From NCBI RefSeq assembly GCF_009914755.1, contig NC_060933.1: 64,000 bases of DNA. One strand, 5' to 3'. A program made the translations under genes and the position numbers. Of this stretch, positions 27,156-42,382 are shown piece by piece (within the stretch, counting starts at the first letter, position 1; every line of letters starts with the position of its first letter). This stretch comes from the human T2T-CHM13v2.0 reference genome, Homo sapiens. The notes below the pieces were generated by a model, which did not search any database, was not told the origin of the DNA, and saw only the letters and a list, made by a program, of their open reading frames with translations.

Positions 27156-29519
27156 CTATGGTCAAAGATGAAAAATAATGAACTATATTGGAGCAGTACA
27201 GATAAATGTCTTGAGAGTACAAAGGAAGCAAAGGTCACCTTGATATCAGGCAATCTGAAAAGTCACCAGGGAAGGTGCTATTTGCAATACATCTGGTCTG
27301 CTTTATGCCTTTGAGCTGGCCGGTTCACCCCTATATATGTGGCTAGCACTATGTCATCAGGGTAAGTTATTGGTGTCTTCCCGGTTGGTTCCAGCCCCCA
27401 TTCTTGAACTGCTCCCTTAGCCCCCTTGCACTTTCCTCCTGACAGGTTCCACATGTCCTTTGCTTCCTATGTCTTACTTTGCACACCGATAAAGGGTTCC
27501 CACTCATCATATCGAATTATTATTGGATATCACTGCTCCATTAAAATTTTTGGCTTTTCCACTTGAGCATGACTACAAGGCCTTTGGGCAAGTTTTTCTT
27601 TGAGTCACTTGAACTCTGATGCAGTGAAGCACCAACCTCATCTCTGGGCAATACCTACATTAGGCTGTTCTTCCTGCCAATTAGTTTCTAAAACAAAAAC
27701 TAGACATACAGACCTCTTAATCTTTCATTGTTACTGCTTCCATTTTAGGACACTTTAAGTGCAAACCCAGATGCCTAAAATAAGGACAAATGCAGTCACA
27801 ACATTTACAATTCCTTTAAAGAACATTGTTTTTAATGAATCATTTGTTCAAAGCAGAAGTGAATCAATAGTGTGCTTTGGTCTCTTTCATGCTAAACCTT
27901 TGTTGATGGTACACTGAATTTTGTTTCTTCACTGAACTCAGAGACCCTGTGACATGCTGGGGAGATCCAGGGATTTAGGGAGGTGAAGAATAAAAGGATG
28001 GGAGGTAATTCATCACTGTCCTTCCACTAATCACTCCCAGGTTTTACATAAAAGATGCCTAGTTTTCTTTGTTCAAACCATATAGTAACTTAACAGAAAA
28101 AATTGTCCTCGTGGATTGCAATCTCAAATTCATTATTACCATGCCATTTCCCATTCATTTTTAGTTTTAAAGGAAGGAAAAGAAGAGCAAGAAAATGCAT
28201 TCTGAAATAAAAAATTATTGAACCTGTAAAGCTTGTGGTTTTCGTCATAATTGTTTTCCCTTTTTTCCTGATTCCTTTTGAGCTGGTATATTTCCCTCTA
28301 GGGAAGCTAAGGGAGGCTTCCTTCCGCTCAATTATTTTAGTTAGTTTCCCTTCTCAATTTACCAAATCTTACCCTACTAAAGGAATTTCATATTTAAAGA
28401 TTAGAATATCGATCACTAAATTTGCTAGCTGTGAAAACACAATCTGTTTTACATACCAATAAGAATATTTTGCTTCAGAATCCTAGGATAGGAACACAAA
28501 GCAAAGAGAAAAGGGGAGCTAAAAGAAAAAATTCTCAAAAGGAATTCAACAAAACTCGTATTTACCAAACACAAAACCACTCAACACATCAATAATATAC
28601 CCTCTACTGTGTAGACATCACAGTATATCTGGGTATGACTCATAACAGAGTGGCCTTTCAAAAGACACTTAAACAATTTTCATTAATGCATGTATTTACT
28701 CATTCATTATATATCTGCCAATAACTAAGTACCTGTATAGGCAAAACACTATGCTAGGTACAGAGCATATAAGGATGAAAGAAACAAACAAACTAACCAA
28801 CAAACAAACAAAAACCCATAGCCTTTGTCTACAAGAACACCTAATCCAAAACAACTACAACACAATCTATCATAAGTCATAGATGGTAGAGCTGAACTTG
28901 TTTTCTGGAGCCAGATTGCTTGTGTTCAACTCCAGACTTGTCCGGTGCTACTTACCAGCACTCTAAGCCTCAGATTCCTCAGTGGGAGGTACCTACCGGA
29001 TGCATTTGTTATGGTTAAATGAGATAATGTGCACAGCTATGAGACATTCAAATGACATCATTCACTGGAGGGATGATCTTTTTGTTTAGTGTTAGAAGGA
29101 AGCTTGAGAATGCTTTATGGTATTTATGTTGGACAGTGAAGGAAGAATATGATTTTAACTTACTGAGATGGGGCTGGAAAGAGTGTACAAATCAAATGCA
29201 CAAAAAGATTTTTTTAATTTAAAGAAGAGAAGAAGTCTTCTCTTGACATTGTAGAACTTGTACAAATGTCTATAATTTGACATTGTACAAACATGTATTG
29301 GGGCTTTCTTTAACCAATAACATTATTGATGATATTTCCTTTTTTTTTTCCTGGAATTCCAAAGTTGGGTCTTTATTTCTTGGCAAAAAACAAAAAACAA
29401 ACAAACAAAAAAATCAGAGTGAATTTATGGATTCTATCAATTCCTCTTGTCTACTATTACTCTTACTCCCATTACTCTGTGCTATTTCATGTACCTACTA
29501 AAGTATGACTCTTCTGGGG

Positions 29520-30400
29520 TTTCTATGAATGCCACAGACAGTCAATGAGAACTCTCATCAATGTGCAGCCAGAACTCAAACCTCTCGAAGTTCTGTGTGA
29601 CTCTGGGAATTTTTAAGCATACTAGTTCCTAGTTGGCATTTTTCCAGCCTGTAGAATCCCAGTCTATGGGTACATGGTTTATTACTGAGGAAGAGCCTCA
29701 AGGGAATGTATATGCAGATTCCTGGAGCTTTTACTTAATATAGCACCCCCCCCCCCCACTTTTCTTTTCTCCAGCTTTCTTGTCCTGCAAATTCCAGCAA
29801 CTTTAGAAAGCTGAAAATCTGCTTCTACTCAACTTTGTAAGATTCCCATGCTCTGTTAGGGATCCCCATTTCTGTGCCATGATCAGTAAAGTGCCTTGAG
29901 GCATAAATTCTACGTGATCCTTGGGCTTACCTTGCTCATTTCCCTTCCCTAAGAGAGCCCAGTCTTTCTCTGTTGTCTAATATTTTTGTTTGTTTCCTTT
30001 TGAGACAGAGTCTCCCTCTGTTGCCCCAGCTATAGTGCAGTGGCACGATCACAGATCACTGCAACCTCCACCTCCAGGATTCAAGCGATTCTCATGCCTC
30101 AACCTCCTGAGTAGCTGTGATTATAAGCATGTGCCACCACGCCCAGCTAATTCTTTTTTTGTTATTTTTAGTAGAGGTGGGGTTTTGCCACGTTGGCCAG
30201 GCTGGCCTGGAACCCCTGTGCTCAAGTAGTATGCCCCCTTTGGCCTCCCAGAGTATTGGGATTACAGGTGTGAGCCACTGCACCCCACCTATTGTCTAAT
30301 TTTTAAAGCAGTTGTTTTCTATTTTTGTCCAGTTTTCTAGTGATTATGGTAGGATAATAATTCTTGTTCTAGGTTACTGCATTATGGCTGAAGCAGAAGT
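29520..30400 (-). mobile_element. Old L1ME-type 5' region fragment (split by an Alu)
   Basis: TGCAGATTCCTGGAGCT...GTCCTGCAAATTCCAGC...TTTCCCTTC...TTGTCTAAT...TTTTGTCCAGTTTTCTAG. Confidence 0.5.
29985..30289 (-). mobile_element. Alu (old S/J)
   Basis: Antisense full dimer; TSD T(G/A)TTGTCTAAT(A/T)TTT at about 29971-29985 and 30290-30304. Confidence 0.93.
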
Positions 30401-32129
30401 TGCTCAAATTGGCATCCTACAGATAAAAGAGCCCACCAGGTGATTCTAACAGAAAGCCAGATTTGCAAACAATTCGATTGGGCACAGTAGTCGTCTCCTT
30501 CTCCACACATTGGGAGGCTTCTTCATAGAAGTGAGGAGATGTGGTTTTGCCAGCCAGTATCTCCTCAGCCCTTTTTTGGTAACCATTCCCAATTTTTCCC
30601 TGAGTGGTCATGTTTATACTCCTTCATCCCTGAAAAGACAATTTCTCTGGCCACAGTGACTTGATTCTCTAAAACTTAATGCTTGTACTTCTGGGAGGAA
30701 ACTCCCCTTCTTGTTACCTGGATGAGAAATTGGTGTGCAGTGGGTTTGAGCAGGGAGTGTGCTGATAACATCATTTGTGCCCTGACTCCTGCTGAGCCTA
30801 AAGCCAGATCTACTCCCGGATATTTTAGGTCCATTAGCCAATACAGTTTTTGATTAAGCCATGGTTTCTATTTTATTTTACTTGTAATAACTGAAGCAGG
30901 AATTATGTCTTATTTCAAACATTATGAAGTCCTGATGCCTACCGTAGGGCTCTGCACATCTGGGGTAGTGTGAAAATAGCAACAGGAAGGCTTCTTCAGG
31001 AAAAATAATCTAGAAACTAGAAAAAATTGTTTCCTTTGCCCTCCAATCTCTAGAGTCAAATTTTCTAAATTTAAGAGTACCAACTTCATGTGTTTGTTAA
31101 GGAGCTAAAGTACCTTTCATAACAGGTGTTATTGTTTCATTTATTCTTAATTTACATTGTTAATAGCCTGCTTTTCAAAGGCACATACTTGGTTCTAAAT
31201 GGCTATAAATTAGTTTTCAAAATGGGCAAGCAACGTTTGTGCAGAGCCATGTGTATAGGACAGACATATGACGCATATTGCTCTAAAGGTACATGCAAAT
31301 GATTATATGGATGGCTGATGCCGAGGCCTACAGATTTGTGGAACCTAAATTGTATTAGGGTCCTTGTAACACGCATGTATTACAATTGGGACAATAAAAA
31401 TAGCTGATAAATGAAGCTGTCACCTCCATTTTCACACAATGGGAGTTGTATTCACAAAAGGCACTGGAATTACTATGTGTGGCTTTGCCACCCAGCATTC
31501 CTTCATACATCTTTCAGTAAGTCAATGAATGAATGAATGAATAACAAGCACTTACTGAACAGCTGGTCTGTGCCAGGTACTATGTTAACTGCTTGATATA
31601 TCTTATTTACAAATGAGCCAAACATCTGCACCCATGAATTCAACTCTTTCAAGCTTTTGATAGGCACACACACACAAAAGCCACCAAAAACAATGTTCTG
31701 ATTAATATACGGACTAAATATTTTGTAGAAAATGTTAAAAGGTGTGGAGACTTTTATTATTTTAATTTTTAATTTGTATACTTTAACAACTCAATTCACT
31801 CTCCCACATAGTTGAGGCAGCAGCATGCAGAACAAAAACACATGATCAAACTCAAACCATTATTCATATACTGACTTTGTTTTTTGCTAAAATTGAAATA
31901 TTCTTTAAAATGAGTAGAACTGAGGAAAGTAGGTAAAAAAATTTTTATAGGATAATATTCATTTTTACTGTATTTAAAGTACAGTAGTCCAGAATTTCCA
32001 ATCAGAATAAGAATGAGGCTTTTAGAAATCAATACTTTACAAAAGCAAAACCGGAAGAAAACATATTCAGTAATAACCTATCAATAAGGATAGGAAGTCT
32101 AACTTTATTCTTTAAAAATATTCACTAAC

Positions 32130-32780
32130 GTATCCATTCAACAAATAGTTATCAAGTGCCTATTATGTGCCCAGACACTGTTCTGGGTTCTGATGTTACG
32201 TAGTGAATAAAATGGACAAAATCAATATCTTCATGGAGATTAACATTTATTGAATGGACACGAGAGGCAAATAAACAAATAAATATAGTGCATAATCATG
32301 AGCATAGAAAACATACAGCATGGGAGCCAGAATTGAGAAATGGAAAGGTAGCTGGAAGGGACAGTGGGGTAAAGAATATGCTGTTTTATGTATTTCCCAG
32401 ATGAGAGAAAGAGTAGCTTAAACTTTGCACCTGGAATTTTCCCTGTCTGGATTGCTTCCTTCCCAAATATCTGCAATCTAGCTCTTTCATATGTTCTGTT
32501 TGAATGTCATCTTTCCAATGAGGCCTTCTCTAGTCATGGTATTTAAGGTTACATCCCTTTTGACCCACCAGCACTCCCTATTTCATCTATATTTTTAAAA
32601 TTATCACTGTTGCTTTTGTTTATTATCTGCCTGAGCCCGACAACAATGGAAGTTCCAAGGAGGCAAGAATAACTTTCTGTTGTATTCACTGCTAAGTTTC
32701 TATCACTTGGAACAGTGCCAGGACCATACCTGGTATTGAATATGTATATTTGAATGAATGTTTGAATAAATAAATATGTG
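32130..32780. mobile_element. Two L2 3' fragments in opposite orientation
   Basis: CATTCAACAAATAGTTATCAAGTGCCTATTATGTGCC (minus) and CTTGGAACAGTGCCAGG...TGAATGAATG (plus). Confidence 0.6.
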
Positions 32781-33151
32781 AGCTAGGAGAGGGCTTGACA
32801 CATTTTGAGGCACGGAAAGAAGGTTGGTTGGATGAATACAATGAACAGACACTACATGACATTGTTCCAAGTAGCCTTATGTAAATATATTACTTAAATT
32901 AATACAAAAAGTTCACAAGGTAGTTATTATTATCCATAAGAAATAGAAACAGCTTCCACCGGCATGTAAGAGGATTATAGTGGCTATCCACTGAGGCTAT
33001 TTCAGTGGCAGGAAAACAGCTAGAAAATGTAAAGTAAGAAGTCCCTAAATTTTGAGAAGCTACTTTTGATTTCTCTGAGGTCTTGAGATTATAAGGGTGG
33101 TGGCTGGCTGCAATGTCCTTTGGAAACTGCCTCTACTTCTGGAATCAATGG

Positions 33152-33595
33152 TATATCAGCTTCCTAGTGCTGTGGTAACAAATTATCACATATTTAATGG
33201 CTTAAAACAGAACAAATTTATTATAGCTGTGGAGGTCAAAAGTGTAAAATGGGTCTCAGGGCTGCATTCCTTCTTGAGGCCATAGGGGAGAATCCATTTC
33301 CTTGCTTTTTCCAGCTTCAAGAGGCTTCCTGTATTCCACGGCTCAGGGCCCAGCACCACTCCAAACTCTGCTTTTATCATCGCATTTCCTTCTCTGACTT
33401 TGATTCTTCTGCCTCTCTCTTCCCTTTACTAACACCCTGGGAGCAAACCCAGAAAATCCAGGATAATCTTCCCATCTCAAGATCCTTATCTTAATGACAT
33501 CTGCAAAGTCCCTTGGTTACATAAGCTAACATATTTAGAGGTTCTAAGGATTAGGATATGGACAACTTTGTTGGGCCATTATTCTGCCTATCACA
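33152..33595 (-). mobile_element. MLT1C/D ERVL-MaLR solo LTR
   Basis: TATATCAGCTTCCTAGTGCTGTGGTAACAAATTATCAC...GGCTTAAAACAG...CATCTGCAAAGTCCC...GGCCATTATTCTGCCTATCACA. Confidence 0.85.
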
Positions 33596-34330
33596 GATGG
33601 TTATGGGCACCATCATCCCCAACCCAAAACCACTTTCTAGATGTGTGAGTAGATATTCAATGTAAGTTCGGCCAACCATCTTTTATTTTCCAAAAATTTA
33701 GTATTTGGTTCTTGAAGCACTGGTGGTAGCTGTGGGACAATGAGTTGAATGTTATTACAGCAGCATGACCATAATCTCTACCACAATAAATGAAAACCGA
33801 CTGCAACATGAAATTGGAAGGAGAGGTGGGTGTAGAGAATATGAAGAAACTGAAAAACCCAGTCTGCAGGGAAGGACATGGAACAAACTTGCAGAGGGAA
33901 GCAGAGTATTAGGGTACCCTTCATTTACAATCTATTCATTACTAAACCTAGCTTTAATGTCCTTGTCCTGGCAACCAGAACAGTTTTAATTACAACAATG
34001 CTTGATCAGGGTAGGGCTGTACCTGAAAGGGTCACTTCCACAAGGTCCTTCATCAATACTAAAACCCCATCAAACTGGGGAGAGAAGTTGTTAGCATCAC
34101 AGAGGGCTTGGGAAGCTCTCAAGAACACTAAAAAAATGAAGCACCTTAAGGGCATGGACAGAAGTCCCCAAATCTAGCACCATGGGATTTACATACTATA
34201 TAAATATGTATTGGGACTTTAGCTACCAATGTATCTTTTTTTCACCAAAATTCCAACATCTAAACCTTTTATTGTGGTCAAAATGTGGGCCTCTGGATCC
34301 TGGCTGAAACTCAATAAAAACAGCATCTCT

Positions 34331-34652
34331 GCCGGGTGTGGTGGCTCGCGCCTGTAATCCCAGCACTTTGGGAGGCCGAGGCAGGCGGATCACGAGGTCA
34401 GGAGATGGACACCATGCTGGCTAACATGGTGAAACCCCGTCTCTACTGAAAAAAAAAACAAAAAACCAAAAAAATTTAGCCAGGCGTGGTGGCGGGCCCC
34501 TGTAGTTCCAGCTACTTGGGAGGCTGAGGCAGGAGAATGGCGTTCAGGAGGCAGAGCTTGCAGTGAGCCGAGATCACGCCACTGCACTCCAGCCTGGTGA
34601 CAGAGCAAGACTCCGTCTCAAAAAAAAAAAAACAAAACAAAAAAAAAAAAAA
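34331..34652 (+). mobile_element. AluY-like (diverged)
   Basis: Full dimer with expanded middle A-rich region; CAGCATCTC present on both flanks (TSD). Confidence 0.93.
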
Positions 34653-34716
34653 CCCAGCATCTCCTACCACTTTCCTGCTGTGGCTACTGCCATAAATGAC
34701 ATAATTAAGAATTCAC

Positions 34717-35107
<391 letters not shown>

Positions 35108-37502
35108 TTAAACATCTCAAAACTAGGGTAATCTTGACTTAAAGTTTGGATATTTTTGTGATTAAAAACACATTAATTCCTGAGTGATAAATCCTTAATC
35201 AAACCTATAAATTTACACATGAAGAAGTAGCTTTGGAGGGAAACCTTCAGGGAAAGATGGAGAAAGGAGTTTCAGGAGATCACAAAGCTGAGCCTGTGTG
35301 GTCTTGCTTCAGTGCATTGTCCTTAAGTAAAATTTTCTCAATTTTTTTTTTCTGGAAGCTCATTCTTCTAGTTCTCTTCTCGTTTTTTGTCTTTGACAGA
35401 CTCTCTTGCTTTTTAATCTTCTACAAATGAATGTTAGGGAACAGAATGCTGGTTGAAATACTGCTTTTGCCTATGGCCTATTGCTTATATACATGCACAA
35501 CTCTTATCTTTTCATCATTGATGGACTGGAGTAATGGGATGCCAACCTACTGGAGTCCAGTATATGTAATTACAAACTTGTTGAAACTATTCTCTCTGAC
35601 TGTGCCTATTAGGTTCAGCTCCTAGGTGCATAACTGTCTTAAAATTGTGTAATCTGAAGGCTCCAATTCAGCAGAGGCAGTTTTCCCCTTCAAAATACTC
35701 TCATTGATTGTAGTTTTAAAGACAGCTTAAAGATTTCAAGGTCTGTTATATATATATACACATACAAATGAGATGCTTTAGGACATACTGAAGTGTATCA
35801 GTGTATTACACTAAACAACAACAATTAAGCATCCAATAATACCCTGCTTAAATTTTTGCTTCATTTTCCTCATATTCTTCATCCTCTATTCCAAAAGACC
35901 TGGCAGCTCACTCTCTTTAAAATGGTATTTATATCTGCTGTTTTCTCTTTTATACTGAAGGACTTGATACTGTGAGATGGATAGCTGAACTCTAAGGAAA
36001 TGGAAAATTGGAAGGTGAGATATAACAGGAGGAAAAAATTCAAAGAATAAAACTCTTCTTTTTATTGAGTCTTTAAGGGATAGGACCAATTTTTTGAATT
36101 ATATATAGAGACCAATAGACCATAAGATGAGCAACTCATCTACCACCAGGAAAAGGAGAAAGTGCATCTCCATGGGAGAAGTGTCACAATGGGGATAGGA
36201 TCATTGCCATTTGAACTTTTGGTAAATACTCTCTTGTAAGAGGCATGAGCCAGCATTACTAGTGCTCTGCCACACTGTCTTTGTGACCAAGAATGGAACG
36301 GTTATAAGAATGTTTGTTTCACTGTGTGTATAATTAGTGAGGAAATTATTTTTCATTAATGCCTTTAGCATAGCATGTAAATATTAAGAGACTGATATGT
36401 ACTGTGCCTGTTAGGTTTTATCTTATTGAGCCACTGGAATTTTCCCATGTCTTTTAGGGATATAAATTAATCATTTAAAGTCAGGAACCCTCAACTGGAC
36501 ACAATATTAGGAGTAGCTGGTTATAGCAATCTCTGCTTTAAAATTGTATTCTTTATAGTCCACCAAGCTCAGTGAGGTTATATCCAAACTGAAAAAAATC
36601 TATGTTATATAAAGTTGAGGTCTTTTCACTACAAATAAAGGACTGTAAAAGCAATATTTTCTAAGATATCAATGTGGATGCACTAAGTTTTTTGCAGAAC
36701 AGAACAATGGGAAAATGCATACACCATATTTCTGTTAAGCTATTCCAAAGACTTCTCAGCAGAGGATTTGGCTTAGTGTGGGTGACAACTGCTCAGTATG
36801 AGCTGCGACATTTCTAAAATGAGAATCCACTCAGAATTATAAGCTTCTATTTCTGCATTAATTGTAAAGGTTTAATAAAATAAATGTTCTCTTCTTTAAG
36901 ATTAAGAAGCAAGCTATGGAATCAAAGCATACTGGGTCAGAACACTGCTATGTAAAATTACTTGCTTTCAGTTTACAAAATGCCACTTGCTCATGAGTCT
37001 TTGCACATGCTCTTCTTTCCTCCTCTCTCTTTTCTTTGTACCCTTACTCTTCTTAAGTCTCTCCCTCTCTCTCCCTCTGTCTCACACAAACAGACATACA
37101 GGTACACACACACAAACACACACACATATATTTCACATAAGCATGTGCACTTCTAACTAATTCTTGCCTAACCATCACATTTCCTTTTAGACATAACCAC
37201 ATATAGGGAGATGACTCTGATTGAGGTCTATATTTTGCATGATTTTCTTTGGCTCTCTCATTGTACCCTGTACTACCATTGTGATATACATCACACCGTA
37301 TGGTGAATGCATGAACACTTTTTTATATCTCCCAGTAGACTGAAAGCTCTGTAGAGTGGGAACCATATATATTATACATCGAATCCAGTGCCTGCTCTAT
37401 GAAAGGTACTCAATAAATGTTTATGAAACATATATCTTTGGGATGAATTCCTAAAAGTCAGATTTCTTAGAGATGGGGGAGAGAGAGAAAGAGAATTTGT
37501 GT

Positions 37503-37505
<3 letters not shown>

Positions 37506-37574
<69 letters not shown>

Positions 37575-37590
37575 GAGAAAGAGACAGAGA
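37506..37590. repeat. Compound (TG)17(AG)n microsatellite
   Basis: Direct reading. Confidence 0.95.
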
Positions 37591-38639
37591 CCCATTAGCA
37601 GGCTTCATTCTACTGGCCAAGTATTGTATAAGGGTAACTGCCTGCCCATACCAGCATCAGGCAGATTTCGTGTTTAGTAAGAAGAATTTAATCTACTCTC
37701 TTCATTTCATGTATAGCAGTTGTTATCATAGGAACTGGAAGCTTACACAATCATTAGAAGGGCCAAGAAAGCAAAGTTGTGGAAGACTGCCACCCCAAAT
37801 ACCAGCCTGCAACAGCAAAGCCTGTTCAGTAGCTCACCTGAGGCCACTGTGAACCTCAACAACCTCTGGAGGCACCCACAAACTTTCTCAGGCAAATGCA
37901 GGTGATCTTCAAGATGCTTTCCAGGAAAGCATTTTGAACCCTACACTTGCTCATGTGTCTGACCGCAACTCTCTCCAGAGAAGACCAGCCCCTCTTTCTT
38001 TTTCTCCTTCCAAAGCTCTCACAACTTCCTCTCATTGGCAGACAGTGGCATGAAACCATAGGGGAGGGAGGTTCTCAGAACTGTAGTTTTACCTCTTCGT
38101 GATTCAGACAATTGAATACAACATCCTCAATGAGACATTGCCAACTTCAGGAGTGATTTATCACTATTATAGTAATTTTGTTATTATTCATGTAATATAG
38201 ATTATATGCCAATATTGGGAACTCTGTTCCAAAATGTAATGACTACGAGATATGATCCTTTGCTCAGGAACAGTCTCACTGGGACCCTATCCAGGAATAT
38301 GCTTTTGCAACACATGTGGTAAGTCATTAGGGAAAATACTGAGTTAGTGTTACCTGCTCTGTAAGATAAGGAAGATTTCAAGTCCTGTTCACTCTTATTA
38401 CAATGTTAATTCTAGAATCTCTCCAGCGCTCTTAGGTGTTTGATTTATGTATCAACTGTATGAGCTCCAATAACTCAAGACAACTCTGGATGAAGCTCGT
38501 TCTCTGATCTTGGCCTAAATTCTTATTCTGATGGTGGAGGTCAAGGAGGCAACATGCCTTTGTTTATACTGATATGACCTCATCAGAAGATAAACACCTG
38601 AAGGTAGGAATGATTACCACCTTTGCTCTTACTTTTATC

Positions 38640-39170
38640 TAATAAAATCTGTGTTGCTCCCTGCTGAAAATATTTTCATGACTTTCCATAGTATTTAGGA
38701 TAAAACGCTTAAGTATTATGCTCAAAATTATTCACATACAATCTTCAAACCTACCTTGTAAGCTCTACTATTTCTTCAGGCACCTTCCACAGCCCAGTCA
38801 CAGGAGGCTACTCTGTTATTCTTTTATATTGATGCTCACAAAATCCCTTCCATGTACGATGTTTCTTACGTAGAATCTTTTCTTCCTGAAAAACTCCCAT
38901 CTCAGTTTTCAGAGCTAGTTCAATATATCATTCCCACCTGATCGACAAAGGACCTTTTTGCCCTGAATTAAATGCAGCCCTTATTTCTATAGCACCATGG
39001 TACTTTGTCTATACATCTATAGTAGCAGTTTTCATCTGAATTTTAATTGTTTAGATAAGACACATATTTTCTCCATTAGATGGTTATATCATTGGGGGTA
39101 AAATAACCTGTATTTCAGTGTTTGGATTTCCATTACCAAGTAGATTATGCTCAATAAAGATTAATGGCCT
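38640..39170 (+). mobile_element. L2 fragment
   Basis: CCTGCTGAAAATATTTTCATGACTTTCCATAG...TCCTGAAAAACTCC...GCTCAATAAA. Confidence 0.55.
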
Positions 39171-41867
39171 GAATTTAATACAATATCTGACATTAATATA
39201 ACACTTCAGAGAGTACAAAATGCTTGCACATATATTCTTTCACCTAATCTTTACAACAAGCCAATGAGGCAGATATTTTTATTATTTCTATATTGAAGAT
39301 AAGGAAATTAAAACTCAAGAATATTTAGGATCTGCTCAGCACACCAAAGACTCATCATAAATACTTCTTGATTGATGGTTTGATATAGACAATTGCCCTC
39401 AGCTCTTTTTGCTATTACAGAAAATGTAAGCACGTGTAGTGTACTTAACTTGGCATCAGCAGCCTGTGTCTCATACTGTTACTCAATCATTTAAAACTCA
39501 AGAATCATATTTTCAATCTTTCCTGACAACTTCCTATACGAACATGACTTAAGGTATGGCTTTGATGTCATCTTAGTTACAAAATTAACACAATAATACT
39601 TCCTCATTTGTCAAGCTTCCCAGACTCTGATTTGATTGCGATAGCATTTACCAAGTCTTAGGAATCCCTGAAAATTTAGGGAGTGTATACATGCAAATGT
39701 TATTATAGAAAGATGTGGATGCATCTATAGAATTAACATTTCTTTTCAACATGAAGGATCTCTTCTGTTATCCTCTGATAGGATTTTCCTACTATGCTGT
39801 ACATTTGGATAAAATCATAGATGGCTATTGTAAAGGATGGTTTTTTTGAGTAAATGTATGAATAGAAATATGCTAGAAAGCTTTAGATATAACTAGCTTG
39901 TCCAACAGGGCTTACAAAAATGGGTCTCATTTGGAACTGGCCAAAGTTCTGAAAGATTTTTCTCTTTGCAGCCCAGCCATTTTCCAAAACTCCTAGGGAA
40001 ATCCGAATTTACGCCTTCTGATTTCTGAAGGTCATATGGTACAAATGTGTTAGGAACTTCTGAGTTCATAGATACATGTGCAAATCTGCAATCCACCACT
40101 AACCTGCATGAACCTCTCTGATCCCCATTATGTTCCCCAGTTAAATGAAAATAAAAGAAGTACCTACCTCATAGGGTTAATTTGTCTATTACATGTGATA
40201 AGGAATGTAAAGCTTGGCATAGTGCTTGACACATTAAATGTTCCAACAAATATTGTTATGATTGCTATGGTGGAAATATAAAAAGGAGCAACAAATAAAT
40301 AAATAAAAAGAAAGAAAGGAAGAAAAAGGAATGGATTCAGAACTCCAGAGACCAGGCATCTTGCTGGCCATTTCCTCTCATTCTTAACAAAAATTCCATG
40401 AAATAAATTTCAGTAGCATCCCCATTTTATAGATGAGGAAACTGACCCAAATAGTGGATGATTTAGAGGTCTAATTCATGTACTATTACCTGTTAAAAGT
40501 GACGCTGCTGAAATTTATTCTACAGCCTATCAAATACTCTTTACATTTTCTTTCTTTTTCTTTAGCAGGGGCTTTTGTTTTAGACCTTCCAACCTCCACC
40601 AAGTGTTTTGAAGTCATACATGAATCTATGCAAATAGAGATGTGTCTTCCTTTTACTGCCCTCTGCACAGATGCTAAAGTCCTAGGAGCTATGAAGCCTA
40701 CTATCGGCCTCCCATCACTTTATCTCTGCCTTGCCCCTGAGTTTTAACAGGCTGAAACTGACTGGCAAAACATTGTCTATCTGCCTGACACCTCAGGGCA
40801 TAAAACATGGAGTGAAATCAAGCTACAGATACCCGCAGCTCCCACAGTGTTGTGATAAAATTTAAATTGTGACTTAGAGACGGTAGCGTATACATTATAT
40901 TAAAATGTCTGGGCTCTCACATGTAGGAAGAGGAAGCTTGAAACCGTAGTTTACAATCTCAGTAAACTTGGAACATGAAATGACTTATATAAATGAAATA
41001 TACATTCAAAATATACATCAACATGGCAATAGATGCTTCTGCAGAAACTTTCTAAGTGTTAAATATGGTTAAAAAAAAAGTCAGTTAATTTAGACACCAG
41101 AAGACTTTTGGTTTTAGAATGCTATAAGCATTAATATTCATTACAAAAATAAGATTTGATAACCACAGAAGGAACAGGAACAAAGCTTTGGTGATAACAG
41201 GAAATTATCTTCTCAATGTTCACGGAACATTTTGTTCTCCATCTTCAGAAGTTAAAGTTGACACTGAAAGTTACGGTTTCTTTAGACTGTGCATTTTCTT
41301 CCATAAATGTGCTATTTTCATAGCTGAGTTCTCATGTTTTTATTCTGGTGATTACAACATAATTGATTCTAGCCAAATGCATATCGTGAATATTATTATT
41401 GGCAGCTGGAAGATTTCCAATCCATGAAACTTTCTATCAGGAAAGGGAAGACAAGAAGTGAATAGTCCAGTGTAGCAAAATAACTTCTATTAGCTTCTTT
41501 CTAAGTGGGAAACGATACGCACTCCATTTTCAATTTTTCTGAATCTATGCTCCATTGGGTTATATCAGGTTTCACCTCTAACATCAGCCAAATAGACTTG
41601 AAGAGAGACAAATTGAGACTCAAAGGATAATATAGTTTTTGCAGACCTAATAAAATGTACAAAAGTGAATTGAACCGCAGCATGGAGCAAGTGTTAAACT
41701 TTTTTTAATACATGGAATTGGCATCTGCTAGTTCCACTTATTTAAAGTTCCTCCTATATTTTATTGGAAACTTGATACTTCAAAATATTTATAGCATAGC
41801 TAATAGCATCTCTAAGAGCTGATCTAATGTGTGTGGAAGCATTTAGTTTCAACTCATTTTCTTTAAT

Positions 41868-42382
41868 ACTATATAGATACTATATATAAAAATACTATAT
41901 ATATACCATATATAGTATTTTATACTATATATATACCATATATAGTATTTTATACTATATATACTATACTATATGTATATATATACTATACTTTATGTAT
42001 ATACTATATGTATGTATATTATGCTATATATAGTATATATATACTATAGTATATAGTATACTATATGTATGTATACTATACTATATATAGTATACATATA
42101 CTATAGTGTATATATACTATATATAGTTTATAGTATATATACTATATATGTACTATATATAGTTTATATATATAAACTATATATAGTTTTTTACTATATA
42201 TACTATAGAGTATGTATACGATATGTAGTATTTTATACTATATATACTATAGTGTATATATACTATATATAGTATTTTATACTATATATACTGTAGTGTA
42301 TATATACTATATATAGTATTTTATACTATATATACTATAGTATATATATATTCTCTATATATAGAGTATATATATAGTATTT
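41868..42382. repeat. AT-rich (TATATAG/TATATAC) complex tandem repeat with palindromes
   Basis: About 515 bp built from ATACTATATATAGTAT-type self-complementary units. Confidence 0.93.

Noticed and set aside
29746-29757. C12 homopolymer
   Set aside because: An isolated slippage run inside an old L1 fragment.
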